From the NCBI GenBank assembly GCA_030390025.1, contig CM059432.1:31188001-31252000 (forward strand): a stretch of 64,000 bases of DNA. The letters run 5' to 3'. Below the pieces are notes generated by a model. The model saw only the letters and a list, made by a program, of their open reading frames with translations, did no database searches and had not been told where the DNA came from. A program made the translations under genes and the position numbers. Positions within the stretch are counted from its first letter, which is position 1. Every line of letters starts with the position of its first letter. This document shows, piece after piece, positions 26,443 through 39,310 of the stretch. The stretch is from Squalus acanthias (lineage: Eukaryota).

Positions 26443-28430
26443 AATGAGAAGGAATGTTGTAGTGGTAGGGGACAGTATACTCAGGGGGATAGATACTGTT
26501 CTCTGCAGCCGTGACCAGGATTTCCAAAGGCTGTGTTGCCTGTCAGGTGCCAGGGTTAAGGATATCTCCTCATGGTTGGAGAAGAATTTGGAGTGGGAGG
26601 GGGAGGATCCAGTTGTCGTGGTCCATGTTGGAACCAACGACATAGGTAGAACTAGGAATGAAATTCTGCTGAGAGAGTTTGAGGAGCTAGGGTCCATTAA
26701 AACGCAAAAGCTCACAGGAAATAATCTCTGGATTGTTACCTGAGCCACATGCAAATTGGCATAGGGACAAGCAGATCAGAGAGTTAAATGAATGGCTCAA
26801 AGAGTGGTGTGGAAGGAAGGGGTTTCGATTCATGGGGCATGGCACCAGTACTGGGAAAGAGGGAGCTGTCCCATTGGGACGGACTCCACTTAAACTAGGC
26901 TGGGACCAGTGTCCTGATAAATTGAATAACTAGGACTGTAGATAGGGCTTAAAAAGGCAGTGCGTGGGGCTGTCAGGTGAGGTGAAATTTAGAAATCTAA
27001 AGAGAAATGTCAAGGCAATGGAGCAGTGTAGTGACAGGAAGCAGAGTGTGACAGGAAGGGACAGAGGCCTAGAAATATGTGGCGAGTGAAAATCTGGGAG
27101 CGAGGCTGTGGAGTTCGCAAGGAATTGGGCTATGAATTAAAGGGGCACTGCATTCAGAACTAATAAAAATTAAAATGAAGTGAAAAAATGCAGTTTTCAG
27201 CCCTTAATGCCTTTAAAAAATATATTAAAAATAAGTCCCAAATGGGAGTCTTCAGCACTTATGAACCTCAAAAAATGGGGCACAAATGGCTCAGCAAGCC
27301 AGGGAAGAGGCACCCAGGGTCCCTTACACAGCACTCCAACTTTGTGCAGGGGGTCAACACTGCAAGAGAGGTCCTCTACCCATAGGGGCCAGGAGGCCCA
27401 CGAGGAAGAATAATGTGGAACCACATTACCAAGGCCATTACTGCCAGCAGTGTCACCCCCACCACCTGGCTCCAGTGCCCAAAGAAGCTTCCTGACCTCA
27501 GACCACTGGTCAAGGTCAGTGAATGCATCTGCAAAAGCATCTTCTACCAACTGAATCACTAGTCTCACACACTGCTGAATGCACGACTCTCCCCACCCTC
27601 CCCCCCACAAATCACTCACCTACCAACAATCTGTACCAATCATGAGGCACATCTCCCATTCCTAGCCTCACCTCACCCCCTTGAGGAGATGGTGCAGGCC
27701 ATTCTTGCCTGCGCCCTTGGGCAGCGGCGGGGCAGAAAGGATACAAGATGCTGGTATCCTCATATGTTATCCTCCTTCTGGCATGCACCTCTTGCTTTCC
27801 TGCTTTCCCCTCACCACAACTGCACCCTTGTGCCTTCCTCATTTCACACACCTAAGAAATGCAGCCTGCCCAGCCAGTGGTTGGCCAAGAAGAGGGAGAG
27901 GAGGGTGAAGAAAAAGACAAAGAAGAAGAAGAAGACAAAGAAGAAGAAGAAGAGGAAGAAGAAACATCGTCATTTGATTTGGCCTTCCACCAGCCATGCT
28001 GCAGCCACTGGGGTGGCACTGCATGACATCAGTAGGATAGGCAAAGGCACACACAAGTCAGTCACTAAGAGAATGCATAAAGGTGATGAGTTGATTTCTT
28101 GATGTCATATTGGATGGAAAGATGTATAAAGTTGGATTGGAAAGTTTACTTTGTGGTGGCTTTTATTTCAGCATTGTGGCCAAGAGGACCTAGCCGGGAA
28201 CCGGAGCAGAGGCCAGTAAATAAAGAGCGCGGTCGGAGAGGGGCCTGAACTCACTGCGAGCAGCCAAGGAGGAGCGGACCGAGCCGGGAACCGGAGCAGA
28301 GAGGAAAAAATCCAGGAGTCCAAAAAACAAGGAGTGATGTCACAGGAAAGCCGGGAAGTGATTGGTTGGTCAGTATTTCTCTCTTTATCTTGGGCATTGG
28401 TTTAAATTAAGAGCCGGGATTAAAAACTAA

Positions 28431-29320
28431 GGGGGAAAAATTCAGTATCGCCCTGTTTGGGGCGCAATTATCGGCCGGGCGCAAAGATTAGCGCCTGGCG
28501 CTAATTATCGCCTCCGACTGCAAACTTGACTTTTATCGCCCTCGGAGGTGATTGGAGCGCTAAATCAGGCGCTACACATCTGTCTTAAGGCGCAAAGGCC
28601 GAGGAGCGAGGCGCTAACTCAGAGCGCTGACGAAGCTCATGAGATGTCAGTCAGCAATGGAACACAGACACAATGGCCCCGGCCAGTTCTTAAAGGGGAG
28701 GGTTGATCTTGCTTTCCATCCACATCCTGCTCATTGCAGCCTTGAATCTCGGCCTGGAGAGACCTGTACATCAAATCTGCTGGAAATAACAATGGAGAGG
28801 CCCAGGGAAAGAGCTCAGAGTGCAGCCCCCACAGTCTATTCTAAATCGATACAAGGAAGGACAAATCAAAATGAACCTGCAAAGTGCTGCTCAGTACCCA
28901 AAACTCCTTCACACAGCGTTGAATCTCTCCAGAAGTCTCTCTCTCTCTCTCAGAATGCGTGGTTCAAAAATGTCACCAACAAAAAAAGTCAGGAAGCGGT
29001 CGCCTTTAAATAGCGCTCCCCCAGCCCTTCCTGACTGCAAAACGCTCCCCTCAACCTGTCGTTGCTAGCGGCAGGCGGTAAGGCAGGGGGCGCCACTCAA
29101 TATCCGCTCCGGGGCGCTACCGGGGCGTTGCGCACTCGACTGACGTCACGATCTGCCGGCGCAGGGGATCGTGGTGGTACTGTTTAGCGCCGCCGCAAAG
29201 TGTCTAGTTAATTTCGCGAGCGGCGCAAACATCGCTGCGCCCGGGCGCTAGTTGCTTTGCGCCCTATTAGCGCCCTCTTAAGGCGCTAATGGGAGGCGCA
29301 ACCAACTGAATTTTTCCCCC
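28431..29320 (+). mobile_element. ~890-bp non-autonomous Harbinger, copy 1 (in CR1-b 5' UTR)
   Basis: Perfect 16-bp TIR GGGGGAAAAATTCAGT; TSD TAA/TAA. Confidence 0.92.
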
Positions 29321-29952
29321 TAAACGTTCAAAAAGAGGGAGCTGATTGGTGAGTATCTGGTAAGTGTTTTTATTTGGCTTTCTTAAAGTTTTTAAGTTTA
29401 TTCCAGCTAGGTTAGTAAATTGTCTGTTAATTAGAGGTATGGCATGGCAGCTCACACCCATGGAATGCACATCCTGTGTTATGTGGGAAGTCCTGGACAC
29501 CTCCCGTGGTCTGGACGACCACATGTGCGGGAAGTGTCGCCAGCTACAGCAGCTCGAGCACCGGGTTACGGAGCTTGAGTGGCGGCTGCAGTCACTGCTG
29601 TGCATCCGCGAGGCTGAGAGCTATGTAGATAGCACGTTTCGGGAGGTGGTCACCCCGCAGGTTAAGAGTGTGCAGGCAGAGAGCGAATGGGTGACCGTCA
29701 GACAGAAGAGCAGGACCAGGCAGGTAGTGCAGGAGTCCCCTGAGCCCATCTTGCTCACCAACCAGTATTCGGTGCTGAGTACTGGTGAGGGCGATGGTTC
29801 CCCTGGGGAGTGCAGCCAGAGCCAAGTCCACAGCACCATGGAAGGCTCAGCTGTACAGGCGGGGGGGGGGGGGGAAGAGGAGAGGGAGAGCAATAGTGAT
29901 AGGGGATTCAATAGTTAGGGGAGCAGACAGGCGTTTCTGCGGCCGCAGATGA

Positions 29953-31833
29953 TTAATGATCTAGACGAGGGAACTAGATGTAATATCTCCAAGTTTGCAG
30001 ACGACACAAAGCTGGGTGGGCGTGTGTGCTGTGAGGAGGATGCAGAGAAACTCCAGTATGATTTGGATAGGTTGGGTGATTGGGCAGATGCATGGCAAAT
30101 GCAGTACAATGTGGATAAATGCGAGGTTATCCACTTTGGTGGCAAAAACAGGAAGGCAGATTATTATCTGAACGGCAATAGATTGGGAATAGGGGAAGTG
30201 CAACGAGACCTGGGTGTCCTTGTGCACCAGTCGCTGAAGATAAGCATGCAGGTGCAGCAGGCGGTTAAGAAGGCAAATGGTATGTTGGCCTTCGCAGCGA
30301 GAGGATTCGAGTACAGGAACAAGGATGTCTTGCTGCAGTTGTACAGAGCCTTGGTGAGATCACATCTTGAGTATTGTGTGCAGTTTTGGTCGCCTTATCT
30401 GAGGAAGGATGTTCTTGCCATGGAGGGAGTGCAGCGAAGATTCACCAGACTGATACCTGGGATGGCAGGAATGATGTATGAGGAGAGATTGGGTCGATTG
30501 GGCTTATATTCGCTGGAGTTTAAAAGAATGAGAGGGGATCTCATTGAAACTTATAAAATTCTAATAGGACTAGACAGACTAGATGCAGGAAGGATGTTCC
30601 CGATGGCCGGGGAGTCCAGAACCAGGGGTCACAGTCTAAGGATAAGGGGTAAGCCATTTAGGACAGAGATGAGGAGGAATTTCTTCACCCAAAGGGGTAG
30701 AAATTAGGTCGCGCCCCATTTGGGGCGCAAATATCGTCTGGACGCAAATATTAGCGCCTGGCGCTAATTATCGGCACTGACTGGAAACTTCACTTTTACC
30801 GCCCCGGGAGGTGAGTGGAGCGCTAAATCAGGCGCTGCACACCTGTCTTAAGGCGCAAAGGCCGAGCAGTGAGGCGCTAACTCAGAGCGCTGGCGAAGCT
30901 CATGTAATGTCAGTCAGCAATGGAACACACACACAATGGCACGGGCCAGTTCTTAAAGGGGATGGTTAATCTTGCTTTCCATCCACATCCTGTTCATTGC
31001 AGCCTTGAATCTCGGCCTGGAGAGACTTGCACATCAAATGTGCTGGAAAGAACAATGGAGAGTACCAGGCAAAGAGCTCAGAGTGCAGCTCCCACAGTCT
31101 CTGCTAAATCGATACAAGGAATGGCAAATCAAAATGAACCTGCAAAGTGCTGCTCAGTACCCAAAACTCCTTCACACAATGTTGAATCTCTCCAGAAGTC
31201 TCTCCCTCTCTCTCTCAGAATGCGTAGTTCAAAAATGCCACCAACAATAAAAGACAGGAAGAGGCCCCCTTTAAATAGCGCCCCCCCCCCCAGCCCCACA
31301 GCGATTGATAGCGTTCCAGTCTTCCGGTCGTTGGAAGCGCCAGGCGGTAAGGCAGGGGGCGCCACTCAATTTCCGCTCCGGGGCGCCACAAGGGCGTTGC
31401 ACCATGGAATGACGTCACAATCTGCGCGCGCAGGTGGTCGCAGCGGTAAGTTTTAGCGCCGCCGCACAATCTCAAGTTAAGTTCTCGAGCGGCGCAAACA
31501 TCGCTGCGCCCGGGCGTTAGCGGCTTTGCGCCCCATTAGCGCCCTCTTAAGGCGCTAACAGGAGGCGCAACCAAGTGAATTTTTACCCCAAAGAGTGGTG
31601 AACCTGTGGAATTCTCTACCACAGAAGACAGTTGAGTCCAATTCATTAAATATATTCAAGAAGGAGTTAGATATATTTCTTATGGCTTAAGGGATCAAGG
31701 GATATGGGGAGAAGGCAGGGACAGGGTACTGAATTTGGATGATCAGCCATGATCTCATTGAATGGCGGAGCAGGCTCGAGGGGCCGAATGGCCTACTCCT
31801 GCTCCTATCTTCTATGATTCTATGATTCTATGA
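29953..31833 (+). mobile_element. CR1-c: young 5'-truncated CR1 inserted in CR1-b ORF1
   Basis: Open ORF 29949-30707 from KFADDTKL; 3' UTR and tail at 31740-31833; ATGA duplicated at the junctions. Confidence 0.9.
30694..31589 (+). mobile_element. ~890-bp non-autonomous Harbinger, copy 2 (in CR1-c)
   Basis: TIRs GGGGTAGAAATT / AATTTTTACCCC; TSD AAA; splits the FFTQ/RVVNLW coding sequence. Confidence 0.92.
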
Positions 31834-32334
31834 CTCCAGGATGGTATGTTGCCTCCCTGGTTCCAGGGTCAAGGACGTCACTGAACGGTTGCAGGGCATT
31901 CTGAGGGGGGAGGGTGAACAGCCAGAGGGCGTGGTCCATATCAGTACCAACGACATAGGTAGGAAGAGGGATGAGGTCCTGCAGGCAGAGGTTAGGGAGC
32001 TAGGAAAGAGCTTAAAAAGCAGGACCTCAAAGGTAGTAATCTCCGGATTACTACCAGTGGCACGTGCTAGTGAGTACAGAAATAGGAAGATAGAGCAGAT
32101 GAATGCGTGGCTGGAGAGATGGTGTAGGAGGGAGACCTTTAGATTCCTGAGGAATTGGAACCGTTTCTGTGGGAGGTGGGACCTCTACAAGCCAGACGGG
32201 TTTCACCTCAACGGGAACGGGACCAATATCCTCGCGGGAGGGTTTGCTAGTGCTGTTGGGGAGGGTTTAAACTAGCTTGGCAGGGGGATGGGAACCTAAG
32301 TATAGAGTCAATAGGGAGGGAAGAAAAACTGGAA

Positions 32335-35300
32335 TTGGAAAACAAAAACGTAGAAAGTAAATTGGTAGGACAAAGGAATCAAGGGCTAGATAGTCATCAA
32401 CAAGGAGGTTTGCCTGTACTAAATGGTATATACTTCAATGCAAGGAGTATAGCGAACAAGGAAGATGAGCTGAGGGCACAGGTAGATACTTGGGACTATG
32501 ATATTATAGCTATTACAGAGACGTGGCTGAAAGAGGGGAAAGTATGGCAGCACAACATTCCTGGTTACAGGATTTTCAGACGGGATAGAGATGGAGGTAA
32601 AAGGGGGGGGGGGTCACGGTATTGATTAAAGAAACTATTACAGCTGTGAGGAGGGATGATATGTTGGAGGGATCATCAAACGAGGCCATATGGGTCGAAT
32701 TGAAAAACAAAAAAAGGGGCGATCACACTGCTGGGAGTGTACTACAGACCTCCAAACAGTGAGAGGGAGATAGAAGAACAAATATGTAGACAAATTTCTG
32801 AGAAGTGCAAAAACTATAGGGCAGTAATAGTAGGGGATTTCAACTACCCCAATATTAACTGGGATAAAATTAGTGTGAAAGGTATAGAGGGTGCGGAATT
32901 CCGAAAATGCATCCAGGAGAACTTTTTTAGCCAGTATGTAGCAAGCCCAACAAGGGAGGGGGCAGTTCTGGACTTAGTTTTAGGGAATGAAGCTGGGCAG
33001 GTAGAAGGCGTATCAGTGGGGAAGCATTTTGGTGCTAGTGACCATAATTCTGTTAGATTTAAAGTAGTTATGGAAAAGGACCAGGAATAAAAATTCTAAA
33101 TTGGGGAAAAGCAAATTTTGCTAAGCTCAGAGGAGATTTAGCCATAGTGGACTGGAAACAGCTACTTGAAGGTAAATCAGTGTCAGAGCAGTGGGAGGCA
33201 TTCAAGGAGGAGATCTGGAGGGTTCAGACCAAATATGTGCCCTTAAAGAAAAACGGTGGGACTAACAAATCTAGAGCCCCCTGGATGTCTGGAGACATAC
33301 AGGGTAGGATAAAGAAAAAACGGGAGGCGTATGACAGATACCGAGGGCTAAATACTCCAGAATCATTAGAGGAGTACAGAAAGTGCAGGGGTGCAATTAA
33401 AAAGGATATTAGGAAAGCAAAGAGAGAGCATGAAAAATTCTTGGCAAGTAAAATCAAGGAAAACCCAAAGATGTTTGAAAATATATTAAGAGTAAGAGGA
33501 TAACTAAAGAAAGGGTAGGGCCTATTAAAGATCATGAGGGTTATCTGTGTGTGGAGCCGGGAGACGTCGGTAGGGTTCTTAATGAATACTTTGCGTCTGT
33601 TTTCACAAAGGAGAGGGGCAAAGCAGACATTGCTATCAGGGGGGAGGAGTGTGAAATATTCGATGAAATTAACGTAGTGAGACAGGAAGTATTAACATAG
33701 AAACATAGAAGATAGGAGCAGGAGTAGGCCATTTGGCCCCTCGAGTCTGTTCCACCAATCAATGCGATCATGGCTGATCATCCAAATTCAGTACCCTGTC
33801 CCTGCTTTCTCCCCATATCCCTTGATCCCCTTAGCCTTAAGAAATATATCTAACTCCTTCTTGAATATATTTAATGAATTGGCCTCAACTGCCTTCTGTG
33901 GTAGAGAATTCCACAGGTTCACCACTCTCTGGGTGAAGAAATTCTTCCTCATCTCAGTCCTAAATGGCTTACCCCTTATCCTTAGACTGTGACCCCTGGT
34001 TCTGGACTCCCCCGCCATCGGGAACATCCTTCCTGCATCTAGTCTGTCTAGTCCTGTTAGAATTTTATAAGTTTCAATGAGATCCCCTCTCATTCTTCTA
34101 AACTCTAGCGAATATAAGCCTAATCGACCCAATCTCTCTTCATACGTCATTCCTGCCATCCCAGGTATCAGTCTGGTGAATCTTCGCTGCACTCCCTCCA
34201 TGGCAAGAACATCCTTCCTCAGATAAGGTGACCAAAACTGCACACAATACTCAAGATGTGATCTCACCAAGGCCCTGTACAACTGCAGCAAGACATCCTT
34301 GCTCCTGTACTAGAATCCTCTCGCTATGAAGGCCAACATACCATTTGCCTTCTTAACCGCCTGCTGCACCTGCATGCTTACCTTCAGCGACTGGTGCACA
34401 AGGACACCCAGGTCTCGTTGCACTTCCCCTTTTCCCAATCTATTGCCGTTCAGATAATAATCTGCCTTCCTGTTTTTGCCACCAAAGTGGATAACCTCAC
34501 ATTTATCCACATTATACTGCATCTGCCATGCATCTGCCCAATCACCCAACCTGTCCAAATCATACTGGAATTTCTCTGCATCCTCCTCACAGCACACACG
34601 CCCACCCAGCTTTGTGTCGTCTGCAAACTTGGAGATATTACATCAAGTTCCCTCGTCTAGATCATTAATATATATTGTGAATAACTGGGGTCCTAGCACC
34701 GACCCCACTAGTCACTGCCTGCCACTCGGAAAAAGACCCATTTATTCCAACTCTTTGCTTCCTGTCTGCCAACCAGTTTTCTATCCAAGTCAGTACCTTA
34801 CCTCCAATCCCATGTGCTTTAACTTTGCACGCTAATCTCTTATGCGGGACCTTATCGAAAGCCTGCTGAAAGTCCAAATACACCACATCCACTGGTTCTC
34901 CCTTATCTATTCTACCAGTTACATCCTCAAAAAATTCCAGTAGATTAGTCAAGCATGATTTACCTTTTGTAAATCCATGTTGACTTTGTCTGATCCTGTC
35001 ACTGTTTTCCAAGTGCTCTGCTATTACATCTTTTATAATGGACTTTAGCATTTTTCCCACTACCGATGTCAGAATTATCGGTCTATAATTCCCCGTTTTC
35101 TCTCTACCACCTTTTTTAAATAGTGGGGTTACATTAGCTACCCTCCAATCAATGGGAACTGTTCCAGAGTCTATAGAATAAGGGGTTTAGCAGCTTTAAA
35201 AGTGGATAAATCCCCAGGCCCGGATGAAATGTATCCCAGGCTGTTAAGCGAAGCAAAAGAGGAAATTACCGAGGCCCTGACCATCATTTTTCAATCCTCT

Positions 35301-36687
35301 CTGGCTTCAGGTGTGGTGCCAGAGGACTGGAGGACTACTAATGTGGTACCCTTGTTTAAAAAGGGAGAAAAGGATAGGCCGAGTAATTACAGGCCAGTCA
35401 GCCTAACATCAGTGGTGGGAAAATTATTGGAAAGAATTCTGAAGGACAGGATAAATCTTCATTTAGAAAGACACGGATTAATCAAGGATAGTCAGCACAG
35501 ATTTGTTAAGGAAAGGTCATGTCTGACAAATTTGATTGAATTTTTTGAGGAGGTAACAAGGAGGGTAGATGCGGGTAGTGCATTTGATGTAGTGTATATG
35601 GACATTAGCAAGGCTTTTGATAAGGTTCCACATGGCAGACTGGTCATGAAGTTAAAAGCCCATGGGATCCAGGGCAAAGTGTCAAGTTGGATTCAAAACT
35701 GGCTCGGAGACAGGAAGCAGAGGGTAATGGTTGATGGGTTTTTTGTGACTGGAAAGCTGTTTCCAATGGGATTCCGCAGGACTCAGTACTAGGTCCCTTG
35801 CTTTTTGTGGTATATATCAACGGTCTAGACTTGAATATAGAGGGTATGATTCAGAAGTTTGCAGATGATACTAAAATTGGCTGTGTGGTTGATACTGAAG
35901 AAGGAAGCTGTAGACTGCAGGAAGATTAGTCAGGTGGGCAGAACAGTGGCAAATGGAATTTAATCCGGAGAATTGTGAGGTAATGCATTTGGGGAGGGCT
36001 AACAAGGAAAGGGAATACATATTAAATGGTAGGACACTGAGTAGTGTAGAGGAACAAAGGGACCTTGGAGCGCATGTCCACAGATCCCTGAAGGTAGCAG
36101 GCCAGGTAGATAAGGTGGTTAAGAAGGCATACGGAATGCTTGCCTTTATTAGCCGTGGCATAGAATACAAGAGCAGGGGGGTTATGCTTCAACTGTATAA
36201 AACACTAGTTAGGCCTCAGCTAGAGTACTGCGTGCAGTTCTCGTCACCATATTACAGAAAGGATGTGATTGCACTAGAGAGGGTACAGAGGAGATTTACA
36301 AGGATGTTGCCAGGAGTAGAGAATCTTAGCTATGAGGAAAGACTGGATAGGCTGGGTCTGTTTTCCTTGGAACAGAGGAGGCTGAGGGGAGACCTTATTG
36401 AGGTGTATAAAATTATGAAGGGCATAGATAAAGTGGATAGAAATTATCTATTTTCCTTAGCAGAGGGGTCAAAAACCAGGGGGCACATATTTAAAGTAAT
36501 TGGTGGAAGGTTTAGAGGGGATTTGAGGGGAAATTTCTTCAGCCAGAGGGTTGTGGGGGTCTGGAACTCACTGCCTGAAAGGGTGGTAGAGGCAGGAACC
36601 CTAACCACCTTTAAAAAGTACTTGGATGTGCTCTTGGGATGCTCTAACCTGCAGGGCTACGGACCAAGAGCTGGGAAGTGGGATTAG
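32335..36687 (+). pseudogene. CR1-b ORF2 (APE endonuclease and reverse transcriptase), frameshifted and interrupted at 33696-35178
   Basis: YFNARSI, AITETWL, GDFNYP, SDHN; KSPGPD, NYRPVSLTS, KAFDKVPH, KFADD. Confidence 0.9.
33696..35178 (-). mobile_element. CR1-d: young 5'-truncated CR1 (same subfamily as CR1-c), antisense in CR1-b ORF2
   Basis: ORFs 33788-34291, 34310-34597 and 34665-35060; TAA duplicated at the junctions. Confidence 0.9.
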
Positions 36688-37059
36688 GCTGGATAGCTCT
36701 TTGTTGGCCGGTGCGGACACAATGGGCCGAAATGGCCTCCTTCCATGCTGTAACTTTCTATGATTCTATGATTCTATGAGGACGCTGTGATGGTCAGTAA
36801 CAGAGGGAAGGTAAGGTGTGGGACTAATGTTGAAAGGGTAATTGGGGTCATGGTCACTGGGACCGCAGGCGGATGTTTCCATGCCAGATATCCCGGCCAG
36901 TCTGGGTTGCATCCTTCCTTCTGCTTCCTCCTCTTCCACTTAATCCTCTTCCGCTTCCTCCTCTTCCGCTTCCTCCTCTTCGGCTTCCTCCTCTTCGGCT
37001 TCTTCCTCTTCGGCTTCTTCCTCTTCTGCGTCTTCCTCTTCCCTCTGTGAGCGGATGCT

Positions 37060-37195
37060 ATAAATCTGAAATGACAGCATAAATTGCTGGAAATACTCAG
37101 CAGGTCAGGCAGCATCCTGACCTGAGATGTGAACTCTGTTTCTCTGTCGACCGATGTTGCCTTACCTGCTGAGTATTTGCAGCATTTTCTGTCTT
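37060..37195. mobile_element. Inverted pair of Penelope-like terminal sequences
   Basis: gctggaaatactcagcaggtcaggcagcatc followed by its reverse complement; matches 44220-44300. Confidence 0.65.
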
Positions 37196-38418
37196 CTCAG
37201 AGGCCTACCTTTACCATCTGAGGCAAGTGTCCAGCAGCACCCCCTACACACTTAAAAAACTTTTAACATCTATTACAGCAAACCACTACTTCAGTAAAAT
37301 CAACAACAAAAAAAGTCCGAAAGCTAAAATGCAAACCTGCCTGAAAGATGTGTGTGTCCCTTTAAGAGGTGCTGACAGCGCCTCTGTTAGTCTGCTGTAT
37401 GCTGGGTTTACATGGCGAGCTTAGGACCCAGCGCTGAACTTAGCGCTAAGGTCGAATTTCGCCGTGGTGACGTTAAGTCGACGTTGCACACCAACTGACA
37501 TCACCAGCCCGCCATTTTTTTTTGTAGGGCGATGCTACTTAACCGCAGCGCTACTGGGCCTGCGAGAATGGAGGACAACGCGGGATCAGCTACCAGCTGG
37601 CAGAAAAGCGGCGTCCGCCGCTTTCTCGAAATTATACCGTGCTAACAGGTGGCGCAAACTACCTGAATTTCTAGGCCAGAGAGTTTAACGGTAATAGTGC
37701 CTCCGCGAATAAGGAGAAAGCAGAGAATAATGGTAAAATGTTAAAATTAAAGGCACTTTATCTGAATGGAGCATTCATAACAAGATAGATGAATTAGTGA
37801 CACAAAAAGAGATAAATGGGTTTTATCTAATAGCCATTACAGAGGCGTGGTTGCAAGGTGACCAAGGTTGGTAGCTAAATATTCCAGGTTACTTGATGTT
37901 TCGAAAAGACAGGCAGAATGGAAAAGGAGCCAGGGTGGTAGCCCTGATACTAAAGGATGACATAAGGACAGTAGTGAGAAAGGATATTGGCTCAGAAGAT
38001 CAGGAAGTAGAATCAGTATGGGTGGAGATAAGAAATAACAAAGGGCAGAAAGCACTGGTGGGAGCAGTTGCTATGTCCCCGAACAGTAGCTATACAATTG
38101 GAAAGAGTATTAATCAAGAAATAATAGGAGCTTGTAACAATGTTAATGCAGTAATCATGTGGGACTTTAATCTGCATACAGAATGGCAAATCAAATTGGC
38201 AAAGTTAGTCTGGAAGACGGGTTCATGGAATGCATTCGAGACTGTTTCCTAGAATAATATGTTGTGGAACCAACCAGGGAACAGGCTATTTTAGATCTTG
38301 TATTGTATAACAAGACAGGGTTAATTAGTAAAGGATCCTCTGGAGAAGAGTAATCATAACATGATAGAATTTAACATTAAATTTGAGAGTGATATACTTT
38401 AGTCTAAAACTAGTCTTA

Positions 38419-39310
38419 GGGGGAAAAATTCAGTTGCTTTGCGCCTCCCGTTAGTGCCCTAAGAGGACACTAATGGGACGCAAAGCAACTAGCGCCCGGG
38501 CGTGGCGATATTTGCGCTGCTTGCGAAATTGACCAAACATTTTGCGGCGGCGCTAAGCACTACCACCACGATCTCCTGCGCCCGCAGATCGTGACGTCAG
38601 TCAAGCGTGCAACTCCCCGGTAGCACCCCGGACTGGATATTGAGTGGCGCCCCCTGCCTTTCCGCCTGCCGCTAGCAATGACAGGTTGAGGGGAGCTTTT
38701 GCAGTCAGGAAGGGACTGGGGGAGCGCTATTTAAAGGCGGCCGCTTCCTGCCTTTTTTTGTCGGCGACATTTTTGCACCGCGCATTCTGAGAGAGAGAGA
38801 GAGACTTCTGGAGAGATTCAACGCTGTGTGAAGGAGTTTTGGGTACTGAGCAGCACTTTGCAGGTTCATTTTGATTTGACCTTCCTTGCATCGATTTAGA
38901 AGAGACTATGGGGGCTGCACTCTGAGCTCTTTCCCTGGGCCTCTCCATTGTTCTTTCCAGCAGATTTGATGTACAGGTCTCTCCAGGCCGAGATTCAAAG
39001 GCTGCAATGAACAGGGTGTGGATGGAGAGCAAGATCGACCCTCCCCTTTAAGAACTGGCCGGCGGCAGTGTGTCTATGTTCCATTGCTGACTGACATCAC
39101 ATGAGCTTCGCCAGCACTCTGAGGTAGTGCCTCGCTCCTCAGCGTTAACGCCTTAAGAGAGGTGTGTAGGGCCTGATTTAGCGCTCCAATCACCTCCAGG
39201 GGCGATAAAAGTCAAGTTTGCAGTCGGAGGCGATAATTAGCGCCAGGCGCTAAACTTTGCGCCCGGCCGATAATTGCGCCCCAAACGGGGCGATACCGAA
39301 TTTCTCCCCC
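38419..39310 (-). mobile_element. ~890-bp non-autonomous Harbinger, copy 3 (in CR1-a ORF2)
   Basis: TIRs GGGGGAAAAATTC / GAATTTCTCCCCC; TSD TTA/TTA. Confidence 0.92.

Larger units (their letters stand above)
29439..32275 (+). pseudogene. CR1-b ORF1 (Zn-finger-like, coiled coil, SGNH esterase), interrupted at ~29953-31833
   Basis: CTSC...CGKC; LEHRVTELEWRL; IGDSIVRG; HISTNDIG; DGFHLN. Confidence 0.85.
28190..36777 (+). mobile_element. CR1-b: essentially full-length CR1 LINE with three direct nested insertions
   Basis: GC-rich 5' UTR, ORF1, ORF2, (ATTCTATG)n tail; TSD GAGGAC at 28184-28189 and 36778-36783. Confidence 0.92.
27066..37677. mobile_element. Harbinger B, internally deleted (27066-28189 plus 36778-37677), hosting CR1-b
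   Basis: TIRs GGCCTAGAAAT / ATTTCTAGGCC; TSD AGA at 27063-27065 and 37678-37680; Myb gene remnant from ATG 27286; only the acidic tail of the transposase remains. Confidence 0.85.

Noticed and set aside
36774..37115. Lys/Arg-rich and Phe/Leu-rich ORFs here and at 22105-22687 and 27689-28102
   Set aside because: Alternative frames of (GAA/GAG)n acidic tracts in Harbinger genes
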